Of a stretch of 64,000 nt of DNA, positions 9,277 through 22,322 are shown piece by piece. The notes beneath the pieces were generated by a model, which searched no databases, had not been told where the DNA came from, and saw only the letters and a list, made by a program, of their open reading frames with translations. How positions within the stretch are numbered: position 1 is the stretch's first letter; each line of letters starts with the position of its first letter. The DNA comes from Prochlorococcaceae cyanobacterium (GTDB lineage: Bacteria > Cyanobacteriota > Cyanobacteriia > PCC-6307 > Cyanobiaceae): contig JBIIIC010000014.1 in assembly GCA_044235095.1 (NCBI GenBank), positions 2,382-66,381 on the forward strand. The letters are read 5' to 3'. The translations under genes and the position numbers were made by a program.

Positions 9277-10268
9277 CAGATGCGCGGCAGCAGCTCGCCG
9301 CTCTGCGGAATCAGCAACCGCTCGGTGCCGAGCCCCGTGCGCAGCAGCACCCGCGGGGCAGCGGTGGCCGCCTGCACCGTGCCGATCCAGCAGCCGCCGT
9401 GAGGAGCCAGCAGGGCCAGGGCCGCTTCGGCCCGCTCAGGCGGCAGCACCGCCAGGAAGCGCCCCTCATTGGCCAGGTGCAGGGGCTCGAAACCCAGCAG
9501 CGCGCAGGTGCGGGCCACCGGCTCGATCACCGGCAGCCGTGGCTCCTCCACCACCAGCTCCAGCCCCGAGCCCTCGGCCAGCTCCTGCAGGGCGCTGGCC
9601 AGCCCGCCACGGGTGAGGTCGCGCAAGCAGTGGGGCACCAATCCGGCGCTGAGCAGCAGCTCCACCTGCGGCCAGAGCGGGGCGCAGTCGCTGGCCACCG
9701 GCGGCTCCAGGGCCAGGCCATGGCGCGCGGCCAGGATCGCCACACCATGGCGGCCCAGGTCGCCGCTGAGCAGCAGCTGATCACCCTGGCGGATAGCCGT
9801 GGGCTCGATCGGCTCGGGGCTCACCAGCTCGCCGATGCCGCTGGTGGTGATGAACAGCCCGTCGGCCTTGCCCCGCTCCACCACCTTGGTGTCGCCGGTG
9901 CACACCTGCACGCCGCAGGCGGCGGCGGCCCGCAGCATCGATGCCACCACCCGGCGCAGCAGCGCCAGCTCCAGCCCCTCCTCGAGGATCAGGCCCACGC
10001 TCAGATGCCGCGGCCGCGCCCCGGCCATGGCCAGGTCGTTGGCGGTGCCGGTGATCGCCAGGCTGCCGATGTCGCCGCCGGCAAACTCCAGCGGCTCCAC
10101 CACATAGCCGTCGGTGCTGAAGGCGAGCCGGCCGTGGGGCAGGGTGAGCCGGGCGGCGTCGTGCAGCACCGGCGGCTCGGGGCCGTAGAGCGCCAGCAGC
10201 TCCTCGGCAATCAGCCGCTGCATCAGGGTGCCGCCGCCGCCATGGGCCAGCTGGATGCGCCCGCTCAT
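9273..10268 (-). CDS. hypE: Hydrogenase maturation protein HypE
   Basis: MSGRIQLAHGGGG N-terminus, AIR-synthase-like body, and the C-terminal PRIC motif characteristic of HypE. Confidence 0.95.
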   Translation of the reverse strand: MSGRIQLAHGGGGTLMQRLIAEELLALYGPEPPVLHDAARLTLPHGRLAFSTDGYVVEPLEFAGGDIGSLAITGTANDLAMAGARPRHLSVGLILEEGLELALLRRVVASMLRAAAACGVQVCTGDTKVVERGKADGLFITTSGIGELVSPEPIEPTAIRQGDQLLLSGDLGRHGVAILAARHGLALEPPVASDCAPLWPQVELLLSAGLVPHCLRDLTRGGLASALQELAEGSGLELVVEEPRLPVIEPVARTCALLGFEPLHLANEGRFLAVLPPERAEAALALLAPHGGCWIGTVQAATAAPRVLLRTGLGTERLLIPQSGELLPRIC

Positions 10269-11401
10269 CGGCTGTTCCGGTGGATCGGGCCGCTGGCGCT
10301 GGTGGGGCGGTAGCGGTAATAGGCGGCGCAGGCCCCCTCGCTCGACACCATCGGCGCCCCCAGCGGATGCTCGGGGGTGCAGGCCGTGCCGAAGGCCGGG
10401 CAGTCGGCGGGGCGGGCCTGGCCCCGCAGGATCGGGCCGCTGATGCAGGTTTGCGTTGGCGCGGGCTCAGCCTCGGGACCATCAAGGCCAAAGCGCGCGC
10501 GGGCATCCAGGCCCCGATAGTGCTCGCGCAGGGCCAGGCCGCCGCCGACCAGCACCCCCAGCCCGCGCCAGGGCTGATCCACCACGGCGAACACCTGGTC
10601 GATCAGCTGCCGCGCCGCGGGGTTGCCGCCGGGCCGCACCGCAGCGGCGTAGCCGTTCACCACGCCGGCCTCGCCGGCCTCCAGCATGCGCACACAGGCC
10701 AGCAGCCCCTCCATCAGCACCAGCGGCTCGAAGCCGCTCACCACCACCGGCAGCCGATGGCGCGCCGCCAGGTCGTTGAGCTCGGCGATGCCCATCACGC
10801 TGGCCACATGGCCGGCCGCCAGAAAGCCCTGCACCTGGTTGCCGGGCTGCTCCAGGATCGAGACCATGGCCGGCACCACCCGCACGTGAGCCACCAGCAG
10901 CGACAGGTTGGGCACGCCCTGGGCCAGGGCCTGGCGGGCCAGCAGAGCGGTGGCCGGCACCGTGGTTTCAAAACCCACCGCCAGAAACACCACCTGGCGC
11001 CCGGGATGGGCCGCCGCCAGCTCCAGCGCCTGCAGCGGTGAGGTGAGCAGGCGCACGTCGCCGCCGGCGGCGCGCACGCCCAGCAGGTCGTGGCCGGCGA
11101 CTGTGCCCGGCACCCGCAACATGTCGCCGTAGGAGCAGAGGATCACCTCCGGCCGCTCGGCCAGCCGCAGGGCCGCGTCGATCGTGGCCGCCGGGGTTAC
11201 GCACACCGGACAGCCAGGCCCGTGGATCAGCCGCAAGCCTGGCGGCAGCAGCTGATCGAGCCCCCAGCGCACGATCGCGTGGGTCTGGCCGCCGCACACC
11301 TCCATCAGCGTCCAGGGGCGGGTGGTGATCGCCGCCAGCTCCGCGGCGAGCACCTGGACCCGGCCCATGGGATCCACGGCTGCGCTGGGCGGAGCACTCA
11401 T
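10265..11401 (-). CDS. hypD: Hydrogenase maturation protein HypD
   Basis: CGGQTHAI and GPGCPVCVTP motifs. ATGA overlaps with both neighbouring genes. Confidence 0.95.
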   Translation of the reverse strand: MSAPPSAAVDPMGRVQVLAAELAAITTRPWTLMEVCGGQTHAIVRWGLDQLLPPGLRLIHGPGCPVCVTPAATIDAALRLAERPEVILCSYGDMLRVPGTVAGHDLLGVRAAGGDVRLLTSPLQALELAAAHPGRQVVFLAVGFETTVPATALLARQALAQGVPNLSLLVAHVRVVPAMVSILEQPGNQVQGFLAAGHVASVMGIAELNDLAARHRLPVVVSGFEPLVLMEGLLACVRMLEAGEAGVVNGYAAAVRPGGNPAARQLIDQVFAVVDQPWRGLGVLVGGGLALREHYRGLDARARFGLDGPEAEPAPTQTCISGPILRGQARPADCPAFGTACTPEHPLGAPMVSSEGACAAYYRYRPTSASGPIHRNSR

Positions 11402-12428
11402 GGCGGCTCGCTGCCGCTCCAGGGCTCGGCGAACCGGTAGCTGGCGATGGCACGGCGGTACTGGGCCCGCTCATAGCCGGTGGGATCGGGACAGCGCCGC
11501 TGGCTCATGCAGCCGATCAGCTCGCCTACCGAGCCGTAGTCGTGCTCAGCCAGCCAGTGGGCCAGCTCCTCCTCGATGCCGGCCAGCCGCTCGGGTCCGT
11601 GCCGCAGCAGCGCCGCCACCATCTGGGTGCAGCTGGCGCCGGCCATCAGCATCCGCACCACATCGGTGCCGCGGTGCACGCCGCCGCTGGCGGCCAGCTG
11701 CAGGGGCTGGCGGCCGTGCAGCAGGGCGATCCAGCGCAGCGGCAGGCGCAGGTCGTGGGGGGTGGAGAGCAGCAGGTTGGGCCGCAGGGTCAGCTCCTCG
11801 ATGTCGATATCGGGCTGGTAGAAGCGGTTGAACAGCACCAGGCCATCGGCCCCGGCGCGGGCGATGCGGGCTGCCACAGCGGTGAGATTGGTGTAGAAGG
11901 GGGCGAGCTTCACCGCCAGCGGCAGGCTGAGTTCGGCGCGTACCTCGCGCACGATTTCCTCCAGCTGGTTCTCGATCGCCTCGCCGCTCAGGCCCGGATC
12001 GGTGGGCAGGGAGTAGATATTGAGCTCGAGAGCCGAGGCTCCGGCCGCCTCGATCCGCTTGGCCGTTTCCACCCAGCGGCCCGGGCTGGTGCCGTTGAGA
12101 CTGGCGATCACCGGTATCGACAGGCGGCGTCGCGCCTCCTCCAGCTGGCGGAGATACAGATCGATGCCGCCATGGCGCAGGGCCGGCTCGGGCAGGTAGC
12201 TGAGCGCCTCGCTGTAGCTGTCGGCACCGGCCATGGCGTGCCAGTTGAGATCGAGCTGCTCGGCCTCGATGTCTTCCTCAAACAGCGAGTGCAGCACCAC
12301 CGCCGCCGCACCGGCGCGTTCCAGCACCTGCAGCCGATTGAGGTCGTCGCTGAGGGGGGCGGCGGCACCCACCACCAACGGGGTGCGCAGCTTCAGGCCC
12401 AGCCAGGTGGTGGAGAGATCGGGGCGGC

Positions 12429-12432
<4 letters not shown>
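11398..12432 (-). CDS. Dihydroorotate dehydrogenase-like flavoprotein (TIM barrel; canonical class-1 Cys motif absent)
   Basis: 344 aa. PyrD-like N-terminus (LGLKLRTPLVVGAA) and FMN-binding end (SGGVHRGTDVVRMLMAGASCTQMVAAL). The position of the NxSCPN loop reads ELNIYSLPTD. Confidence 0.8.
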
Positions 12433-16087
<3,655 letters not shown>

Positions 16088-16091
<4 letters not shown>

Positions 16092-16324
16092 GGCTCGTCA
16101 TCCAGCACCAGGCTCAGGGCCACCCCCACGTGCACCAGCACCCGATCGCCCAGCCGGGCCTCGGGCAGGCAGGCCAGGCTCACCTGCTGGCGCACGCCAC
16201 CGAAATCCACCTCAGCGCAGCGCCAGAGCGGATCGGGTGGGTCATCACGATCCGCATCGGCTTCACCGCCGGGCGCCGCACCCTGGCGGATCGCCACGAT
16301 CACCCCGGGGGTGGCCAGGCACAT
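16088..16324 (-). CDS. hypC: Hydrogenase assembly chaperone HypC
   Basis: 78 aa starting MCLATPG, the HypC signature. Confidence 0.9.
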
Positions 16325-16328
16325 GGGC

Positions 16329-18713
16329 TCAGCGCGGGCTCTGCTTCGTTATAGGGAGGTCGTGGAGGGCTGCCCAAAGCTGGCCCAGGGCCAGGCCCCC
16401 ATCGTTACAAGGCAGTTGCTGGGGCCAGAACGGCTCCAGCCCGCGGCGGCGCAGGGCCTGGGCCGTGAGCTCAAGGAGCAGGGCGTTCTGGAAGCAGCCG
16501 CCCGCCAGCGCCACCTGGCGGCAGCCGCGCTCGCGGGCCGCCTGTGCGGCCAGCACCGCCAGGCCCTCGGCCAGGCTGCGGTGCAGCCAGAGCGCCGATC
16601 GGGCCGGTGGCACCCCGGCCGCCTGATCGGCCAGCAGCTGCTCGATGAGCGGTTGCCAGTTGAGCCAGCCGCGCTCCGGATCGGCCAACAGGCCGGATTC
16701 CGCCACCGCTGCGGAGCTGCCAGCGGCCAGGGGCTGGCGCGCCAGCTCCTGCTGCGCCAGCCCCTCCAGCCGCAGCCCCGCCTCGCCCTCGTAGCTCTGC
16801 TGCTGGCACACCGCCAGCAGGGAGGCCGCACCATCAAACAGACGCCCCAGCGACGAGCACAGCGGCGCCTGCAATCCGGCCGCGGTGGCCGCCGCCAGCA
16901 GATCCCAGCCCTCGGGGCCGGCCAGCGCCGCGGCCGCGGCCCGGCAGGAGGCAGGGGCCTGGGCCCCGCGCCGATCGCCCGCCGCCACCAGCAGGCCCAG
17001 GGCCACCCGCCAGCACTGGCGCATGGCCGCTTCGCCGCCGGGCAGGGGGAAGGGGCGCAGCCCCGCCAGACGCTGAAAGCCACGCGGCTCCAGCCAGAGC
17101 AGCTCGCCGCCCCAGAGCTGGTGGCCGGGGGCGCCTGGAGCCAGGCCGAGGCCGTCGCAGGTCCAGGCCAGCAGCGGCAGAGGCAGCCCCTGCTCGGCCG
17201 CCACCGCCAACCCATGGGCGCGGTGGTGCTGCACCCGCAGCAGCGGCAGCCCCCGCTCCCGTGCCAGGCGGGCCGCCAGGGCCTGGCTCACGTAGCCGGG
17301 ATGGCCATCGACGGCAATCGCCTCCAGCTGGGCGCCGTAGCGGTCGGTGAGTTGGGCCAGCCCCTGCTCCAGCCAGCGCTGGTGCCGGGCGCCGGCCAGG
17401 TCGCCCAGGTGGGGCGCCGGCCAGCAATGACCGGCATGCAACAGCGCTGGCGCACTCTTGAGATCACCGCCCAGGGCCAGCAGGCTGCGCCCGGCATTCG
17501 GCGAGTGCGGCAACGCCAGCGCCGCCGGCACGTAGCCGCGGGCGCGGCGCAACAGGGCCGGCCGCTCCTCCAGCAGCTGCAGCAGGGAATCATCGAGCGG
17601 CCGGGCGATCGGCCGGTTGTGCACCAGAAAGCCATCGGCGATCCCGGCCAACCGCTCCCGGGCCTCAAGCGGATCGATGCAGAGCAGCTCGCCGCTGCGG
17701 TTGCCACTGGTGGCCACCAGGGGCCGCTCCAGCGCCGCCGCCAGCAGCTGATGCAGCCCCGAGGCCGGCAGCATCACCCCCAGGGCGGCGCTGCCCGGCG
17801 CCACACCCGGCAGGGCTTGCCAGGCGTCGGGCCGCCGCGGCAACAGCACGATCGGCGCCGCCGGCGCCCGCAACTGCCGCTCGGCCTCGGGGCTGAGCTC
17901 CACCCAGGGGGCCGTCTGAGCGGCATCGGCCACCAGCAGGGCAAAGGGCTTGGCGGGCCGGCCCTTGCGCCGCCGCAGCCGAGCCACCGCGTTGGCCGCG
18001 GTGGCATCCACCAGCAGCTGGAAGCCGCCCACCCCCTGCAGGGCCAGGATGCCGCCGCCGCGCAGCAGCTCAGCCGCCCCCTCCAGGGGATCGCCCGGCA
18101 GCGTCGCCCCATCCGCACCCCAATAGGCAAGCCGCGGCCCACAGGCTGGGCAGCCGATGGTTTCGGCGTGGAAGCGGCGATCGACCGGGTTGTGAAACTC
18201 GGCCTGGCAGGCGGGGCAGAGCGGAAACGCAGCCAGGGTGGTGTGGGCGCGGGCGTAGGGCGCGGCCGTGGCGATCGAGTAGCGCGGGCCGCAGGCGGCG
18301 CAGCTGATGAAGGGATAGCGGTGGCGGCGGCTGGCGGGATCGTGCAGCTCAGCCAGGCAGGCGGGGCAGGGGGCCAGATCGGCCACCAGGGCCGGTGCCA
18401 CCAGGCCCACACCCAGGGGCTGGGGGTCGGCGGCGGCGATGCGCAGGCCGGCCGGCGCCGGATCGAGGGGCGGGAGCCATGCGGGCTGCAACGGCTCCAG
18501 TCGCGCCGGCGCTGGCAGGGCCCCAGGCAGCTCGCGCAGCAGCGCCTCCAGTGCCGGCCGGGGGCCCTGCAGCTCCAGCCTCACGGCCCCGGCCACGTTT
18601 TCGATCACCCCAGCCAGGCCCCGCGCCGCCGCCAGGCGATGCACCAGGGGCCGGAAGCCCACCCCCTGCACCACGCCGCAACAGAGCAGCCGCAACCGGA
18701 CCGGCGGGCTCAC
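16329..18713 (-). CDS. hypF: Carbamoyltransferase HypF
   Basis: 794 aa. Acylphosphatase-like N-terminus (GVVQGVGFRP), paired CxxC zinc fingers (CPACLAE, CAACGPR, CPACQAE, CPACGPR), and YrdC and Kae1-like domains. GTG start overlaps the hypB stop. Confidence 0.95.
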   Translation of the reverse strand: MSPPVRLRLLCCGVVQGVGFRPLVHRLAAARGLAGVIENVAGAVRLELQGPRPALEALLRELPGALPAPARLEPLQPAWLPPLDPAPAGLRIAAADPQPLGVGLVAPALVADLAPCPACLAELHDPASRRHRYPFISCAACGPRYSIATAAPYARAHTTLAAFPLCPACQAEFHNPVDRRFHAETIGCPACGPRLAYWGADGATLPGDPLEGAAELLRGGGILALQGVGGFQLLVDATAANAVARLRRRKGRPAKPFALLVADAAQTAPWVELSPEAERQLRAPAAPIVLLPRRPDAWQALPGVAPGSAALGVMLPASGLHQLLAAALERPLVATSGNRSGELLCIDPLEARERLAGIADGFLVHNRPIARPLDDSLLQLLEERPALLRRARGYVPAALALPHSPNAGRSLLALGGDLKSAPALLHAGHCWPAPHLGDLAGARHQRWLEQGLAQLTDRYGAQLEAIAVDGHPGYVSQALAARLARERGLPLLRVQHHRAHGLAVAAEQGLPLPLLAWTCDGLGLAPGAPGHQLWGGELLWLEPRGFQRLAGLRPFPLPGGEAAMRQCWRVALGLLVAAGDRRGAQAPASCRAAAAALAGPEGWDLLAAATAAGLQAPLCSSLGRLFDGAASLLAVCQQQSYEGEAGLRLEGLAQQELARQPLAAGSSAAVAESGLLADPERGWLNWQPLIEQLLADQAAGVPPARSALWLHRSLAEGLAVLAAQAARERGCRQVALAGGCFQNALLLELTAQALRRRGLEPFWPQQLPCNDGGLALGQLWAALHDLPITKQSPR

Positions 18714-19426
18714 GCCGGCACCGGCAGCCCCAGCTCCTCGATCAGGGCGGCGACCCCCGCCCCGGTGCGGGCCGACACCTCCAGCACCCGGGCCCGCGGC
18801 GCCACCCGGGAGAGATGGGCGCGGGTGTGGGGCAGATCAAAGCCGGTGGCCTCCAGCAGGTCCAGCTTGCTGATCAGCACCAGATCGGCCGAGTGAAATG
18901 TGGCCGGGTATTTGAGCGGCTTGTCTTCCCCCTCGGTCACCGAGAGCAGCACCAGCCGCCGGGTCTCGCCCAGGTCGTAGGCGGCCGGACACACCAGGTT
19001 GCCCACGTTTTCGATCACCAGCAGATCGAAGGCCTCCAGGGGCTCGGGCAGGGCCGCGAGGGCCCGCTCCACCATGGCGGCCTCCAGGTGACAGGCCTGG
19101 CCGGTGGTGATCTGCACCGCCGTGAGGCCGGCGGCCTGAAGCCGGCGGGCGTCGTGGTCGGTGGCGAGATCGCCCACGATCACCGCCACGCGCCGGCCGG
19201 CGGCCGTGAGCTCGGCGCCGAGCCTCTCCAGCAGGGCGGTCTTGCCCGAACCCGGCGAGGAGAGCAGGTTGAGCACCGGCAGGCCGGCGGCGGCGAAACG
19301 CTCCCGCAACCGGGCGGCCAGGGCGTCGTTGCGGGCGAGCAGCGCCTGGCCCAGCTCCAGGTGCACGGGCAGCTGCCTGGGCGCCTGCTCGGGCGCCGGC
19401 GCACTGCAGCCACAGTTGCCGCACAT
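18710..19426 (-). CDS. hypB: Hydrogenase nickel-incorporation GTPase HypB
   Basis: MCGNCGCS N-terminal metal site, GSPGSGKT P-loop and ENVGNLVCP motif. Confidence 0.95.
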   Translation of the reverse strand: MCGNCGCSAPAPEQAPRQLPVHLELGQALLARNDALAARLRERFAAAGLPVLNLLSSPGSGKTALLERLGAELTAAGRRVAVIVGDLATDHDARRLQAAGLTAVQITTGQACHLEAAMVERALAALPEPLEAFDLLVIENVGNLVCPAAYDLGETRRLVLLSVTEGEDKPLKYPATFHSADLVLISKLDLLEATGFDLPHTRAHLSRVAPRARVLEVSARTGAGVAALIEELGLPVPA

Positions 19427-19505
19427 GGCCGCTCAAGCGGGACTTTCAGGCTAGGCCGGAAACCAGGCCCTGCCTAGCATCCGGGCCAGGAACGGGAGAG
19501 ATCAC

Positions 19506-21497
19506 GTGCAGAGCCTGCTGCTCGACATCGTGGTGATCTTCGGGATGTCGGTGCTGGCAGCGGTGGTGTGCCACAGGCTGCGGCTGCCGAGCTCGATCGG
19601 CCTGCTGCTGGCCGGCGTGCTGGCCGGCCCGGAACTGCTGGGCCTGATCCGCAACGTGCACGAGATCGAGCTGCTGGCCGAGATCGGCGTGGTGCTGCTG
19701 CTGTTCGTGATCGGCCTGGAGATCTCCGTGGCTGATGTGAAGCGGCTCAAGCGCCAGTTCACCGTGGGCGGCAGCGCCCAGTTCTTCGGCACGGCGCTGG
19801 TGGTGGCGCCGGTGCTGGCGGCCCTGGGGCTTGGGGCGGCGCAGAGCGTGTATCTGGGTTTCGTGGTGGCCCTCTCCAGCACCGCGATCGTGCTGCGGCT
19901 GCTGCAGGAGCGGGCCCAGCTGGAAACGCCCCACGGCCGCGCCGTGCTGGCCACGCTCATCTACCAGGACATCGGCGTGGTGCCGGTGATGCTGATGGCA
20001 CCGCTGCTGGCCGGCGGCGCTGCGGGCGCGGCGGGCGCGGCGGGGGCCGGGAATGGGCTGGCGGCGATCGCCAGCCTGATCGGCCGGATCGTGATCGTGG
20101 CCGTGTTCGGCTATGCGGCCTACCGCTGGGTGGTGCCCTGGGTGCTGGAGCGGATCACCCGCACCCGCAGCTCGGAAGCCTTCCTGCTTGGGGTGTTCAT
20201 GCTCTGCGTGGGCATCGCCGTGTTCACCCAGTCGCTGGGGCTGTCGCTGGCCTTGGGGGCTTTTCTGGCGGGCTTCATCCTGTCGGAATCGGATTACTCG
20301 CACCAGGCGGTGGCGGTGATGCTGCCGTTCCGCGACGTGCTGATGAGCCTGTTCTTCGTGTCGATCGGCATGCTGCTCGACATCAACTACCTGGCGCGCC
20401 ACCCGCTGGAGATCGGCCTGCTCACCCTCGGCGTGGTGGTGATCAAGCCGCTGGTGGGAATCGGTTCAGGCCTGCTGCAGGGGCTGCCGCTGCGCGGGGC
20501 CGTGCTGGCCGGCATGGCGATTGGCCAGGTGGGGGAGTTTTCGCTGGTGGCCACCAAGGCGGCGGTGGGCACCGGGCTGCTGGGCAGCGAGATCTTCCAG
20601 ATGGTGCTGGATGTGGCCGTGCTGAGCATGGTGCTCACGCCGCTGTTGATGGCGACGGCGCCGCGGCTGGCGGATCGGCTCAGCCGTACGCCCCTGGCCC
20701 GGCTGCAACACCGCTCGCTCGGCCCGACGTCTGGCGAGGGCGGGCCGGCCTATTGCAGCCACGTGCTGATCATCGGCTTCGGCGTGACCGGCCGCAACCT
20801 GGCCCACAGCGCCCGCCGCAGCGATGTGCCCTACGCAGTGGTGGAAACCAACGCGGCGATCGTGCGCCAGGGCCTGGCCGACGGTGAGCCGATCCACTAC
20901 GGCGACGCCAGCCAGGCGCCGATCCTGGAGCTGGTGCACGCCGAGAAGGCGCGGGCAATCGTGGTGGTGATCGACGATCCCGCCGGCGCCCGCCGCATCG
21001 TGGAGCTGGCGCGGCGCGTGGCGCCTGATGCCTACATCCTGGTGCGCAGCCGCTACCTGCGGGAGGTGGAGCCACTGATCAGCCTCGGCGCCGATGAGGT
21101 GATCGCCGATGAGCTGGAGGTGTCGATCGAGGTGTTCTCGCGGGTGCTGGCGCGGATGCTGGTGCCCCGCGACGACATCAAGCGCCTGATCGGCGAGGTG
21201 CGCGGCGACTGGCGGCAGATGGCCCGCGGCCTGGCCGCCGAGGCCACCTCGGTGCCCGATCTGCGCGTGGCCGTGCCGAATCTGGCCACCCATACCCTGC
21301 GGCTGTCGCCCCACTCACCGCTGGTGGGCCGCACGATCGCCACCAGCGGCCTGCGCCAGAGCCACGGCGTGACCGTGCTGGCGATCACCCGCGGCGGCAC
21401 ACCCCTGGCCAACCCCACGGGCGACACCAGCTTCCAGAAGGGCGATCTGGTGTTCGTGATCGGCCCGGAGCAGTGGGATCCGGCCTCGATCAACTGA
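19506..21497 (+). CDS. CPA2-family monovalent cation:proton antiporter with C-terminal RCK (TrkA-N and TrkA-C) domains, KefB-like
   Basis: 663 aa with a GTG start. About 12 TM segments, then VLIIGFGVTGRNLA (Rossmann, TrkA-N), then a TrkA-C-like end. Confidence 0.88.
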   Translation: MQSLLLDIVVIFGMSVLAAVVCHRLRLPSSIGLLLAGVLAGPELLGLIRNVHEIELLAEIGVVLLLFVIGLEISVADVKRLKRQFTVGGSAQFFGTALVVAPVLAALGLGAAQSVYLGFVVALSSTAIVLRLLQERAQLETPHGRAVLATLIYQDIGVVPVMLMAPLLAGGAAGAAGAAGAGNGLAAIASLIGRIVIVAVFGYAAYRWVVPWVLERITRTRSSEAFLLGVFMLCVGIAVFTQSLGLSLALGAFLAGFILSESDYSHQAVAVMLPFRDVLMSLFFVSIGMLLDINYLARHPLEIGLLTLGVVVIKPLVGIGSGLLQGLPLRGAVLAGMAIGQVGEFSLVATKAAVGTGLLGSEIFQMVLDVAVLSMVLTPLLMATAPRLADRLSRTPLARLQHRSLGPTSGEGGPAYCSHVLIIGFGVTGRNLAHSARRSDVPYAVVETNAAIVRQGLADGEPIHYGDASQAPILELVHAEKARAIVVVIDDPAGARRIVELARRVAPDAYILVRSRYLREVEPLISLGADEVIADELEVSIEVFSRVLARMLVPRDDIKRLIGEVRGDWRQMARGLAAEATSVPDLRVAVPNLATHTLRLSPHSPLVGRTIATSGLRQSHGVTVLAITRGGTPLANPTGDTSFQKGDLVFVIGPEQWDPASIN

Positions 21498-21866
21498 TCA
21501 GCGGTCACCCAGCTCCAGGGCCGCCAGCTCCAGCTCGCGGCGATAGAGCGGCAGGCCAGCGCGCGCGATGTGGGCCAGCAGTGCTGGATGGGAGATGGAA
21601 GCAAGGCGGGAGAGGTCGATCACCCAAGGCAGCAACAGATCATCGAGATCAGCATCGATGCGGGCCAGGGTGCCGGCGCTGAGAGCCGGACCGATCAGGG
21701 TGAGATCGATATCGGAGGCGGGGCGGTGGCGACCCAGGGCACGTGAGCCGTAGAGGATTGCGGATTCCACCTCGGGATAGGCGAGCAAGACCTGCTGAAT
21801 GGCGCGAATGGCGGAATCCGGCAGGCCCGTGGGTTGGGGGGTGGGTTTCGACGCAGTCGTGGTCAT
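21498..21866 (-). CDS. Nucleotidyltransferase-domain protein (MntA / HI0073-like antitoxin candidate)
   Basis: 122 aa with the pol-beta NTase motif YGSRALGRHRPASDIDL. ATGA overlap with the upstream HEPN gene. The C-terminal RELELAALELG is identical to the HypA C-terminus. Confidence 0.8.
   Translation of the reverse strand: MTTTASKPTPQPTGLPDSAIRAIQQVLLAYPEVESAILYGSRALGRHRPASDIDLTLIGPALSAGTLARIDADLDDLLLPWVIDLSRLASISHPALLAHIARAGLPLYRRELELAALELGDR
21508..21540. repeat. Copy A of a 33-nt imperfect direct repeat (hypA 3'-end-like sequence)
   Basis: CCCAGCTCCAGGGCCGCCAGCTCCAGCTCGCGG here against CCGAGCTCCAACGCGGCCAGCTCCAGCTCGCGG at 22327-22359. 29 of 33 positions are identical by my alignment. 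Confidence 0.85.
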
Positions 21867-22285
21867 TGCGAATCGTTGCTCAGCGCTGCGAAACGCTCCC
21901 GCAGCGCGCCAAACAGGAATGCAAAGCGATCGATCACATCGTGGGCGATCGCCTGGGCCTGCTCGAGGTTGTAGGTGTGCGAAGACTGATTGCGGGCCTT
22001 GATCATCGCCATCCAGCCCTCGCCATCGCTGATCAACCCATTCTGAAAGGCCAGGCGGGTGGCATCGCGTGAGCCGATGATCCCCTCTATCCCCTGGTAC
22101 TGCAGATAGTCCTTGAGCAGATTCCAGGCCAGTTCATGGGTGAATTCAAAGCTCTGAATCAGTCCCTGCTGCTCCAGTTCGCTCAGGGGGCGTTGTTGGG
22201 CCAGCTGCACGCCACGACCCAGCACCTGCAGCGCCCGCTGGAAGTTGTCGAACCGCTGCCGCCAGCGGAGATCCACCTCTGCCAT
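21863..22285 (-). CDS. HEPN-domain protein, nucleotidyltransferase substrate-binding HI0074 family (HepT-like toxin candidate)
   Basis: Third in-frame ATG of ORF 21863..22453 (alternatives 22303 and 22318). The MAEVDLRWRQRFDNFQRAL N-terminus is typical of the family. It has the Rx4H motif RNQSSH. Confidence 0.8.
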   Translation of the reverse strand: MAEVDLRWRQRFDNFQRALQVLGRGVQLAQQRPLSELEQQGLIQSFEFTHELAWNLLKDYLQYQGIEGIIGSRDATRLAFQNGLISDGEGWMAMIKARNQSSHTYNLEQAQAIAHDVIDRFAFLFGALRERFAALSNDSQ

Positions 22286-22322
22286 GGGGCCAGCCTTCAA
22301 CATGGCTCTGTGGAGCATCCTG

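Noticed and set aside
19427-19505. Search for LexA-type or NtcA (GTA-N8-TAC) boxes upstream of hypB, hoxE and hoxH
   Set aside because: I saw no match to the consensus sequences I remember in these spacers, so no such site is reported.
19446-20402. 318-aa minus-strand ORF rich in H, Q, R and D
   Set aside because: It lies antisense to the N-terminal membrane domain of the CPA2 antiporter and is not plausible as a protein.
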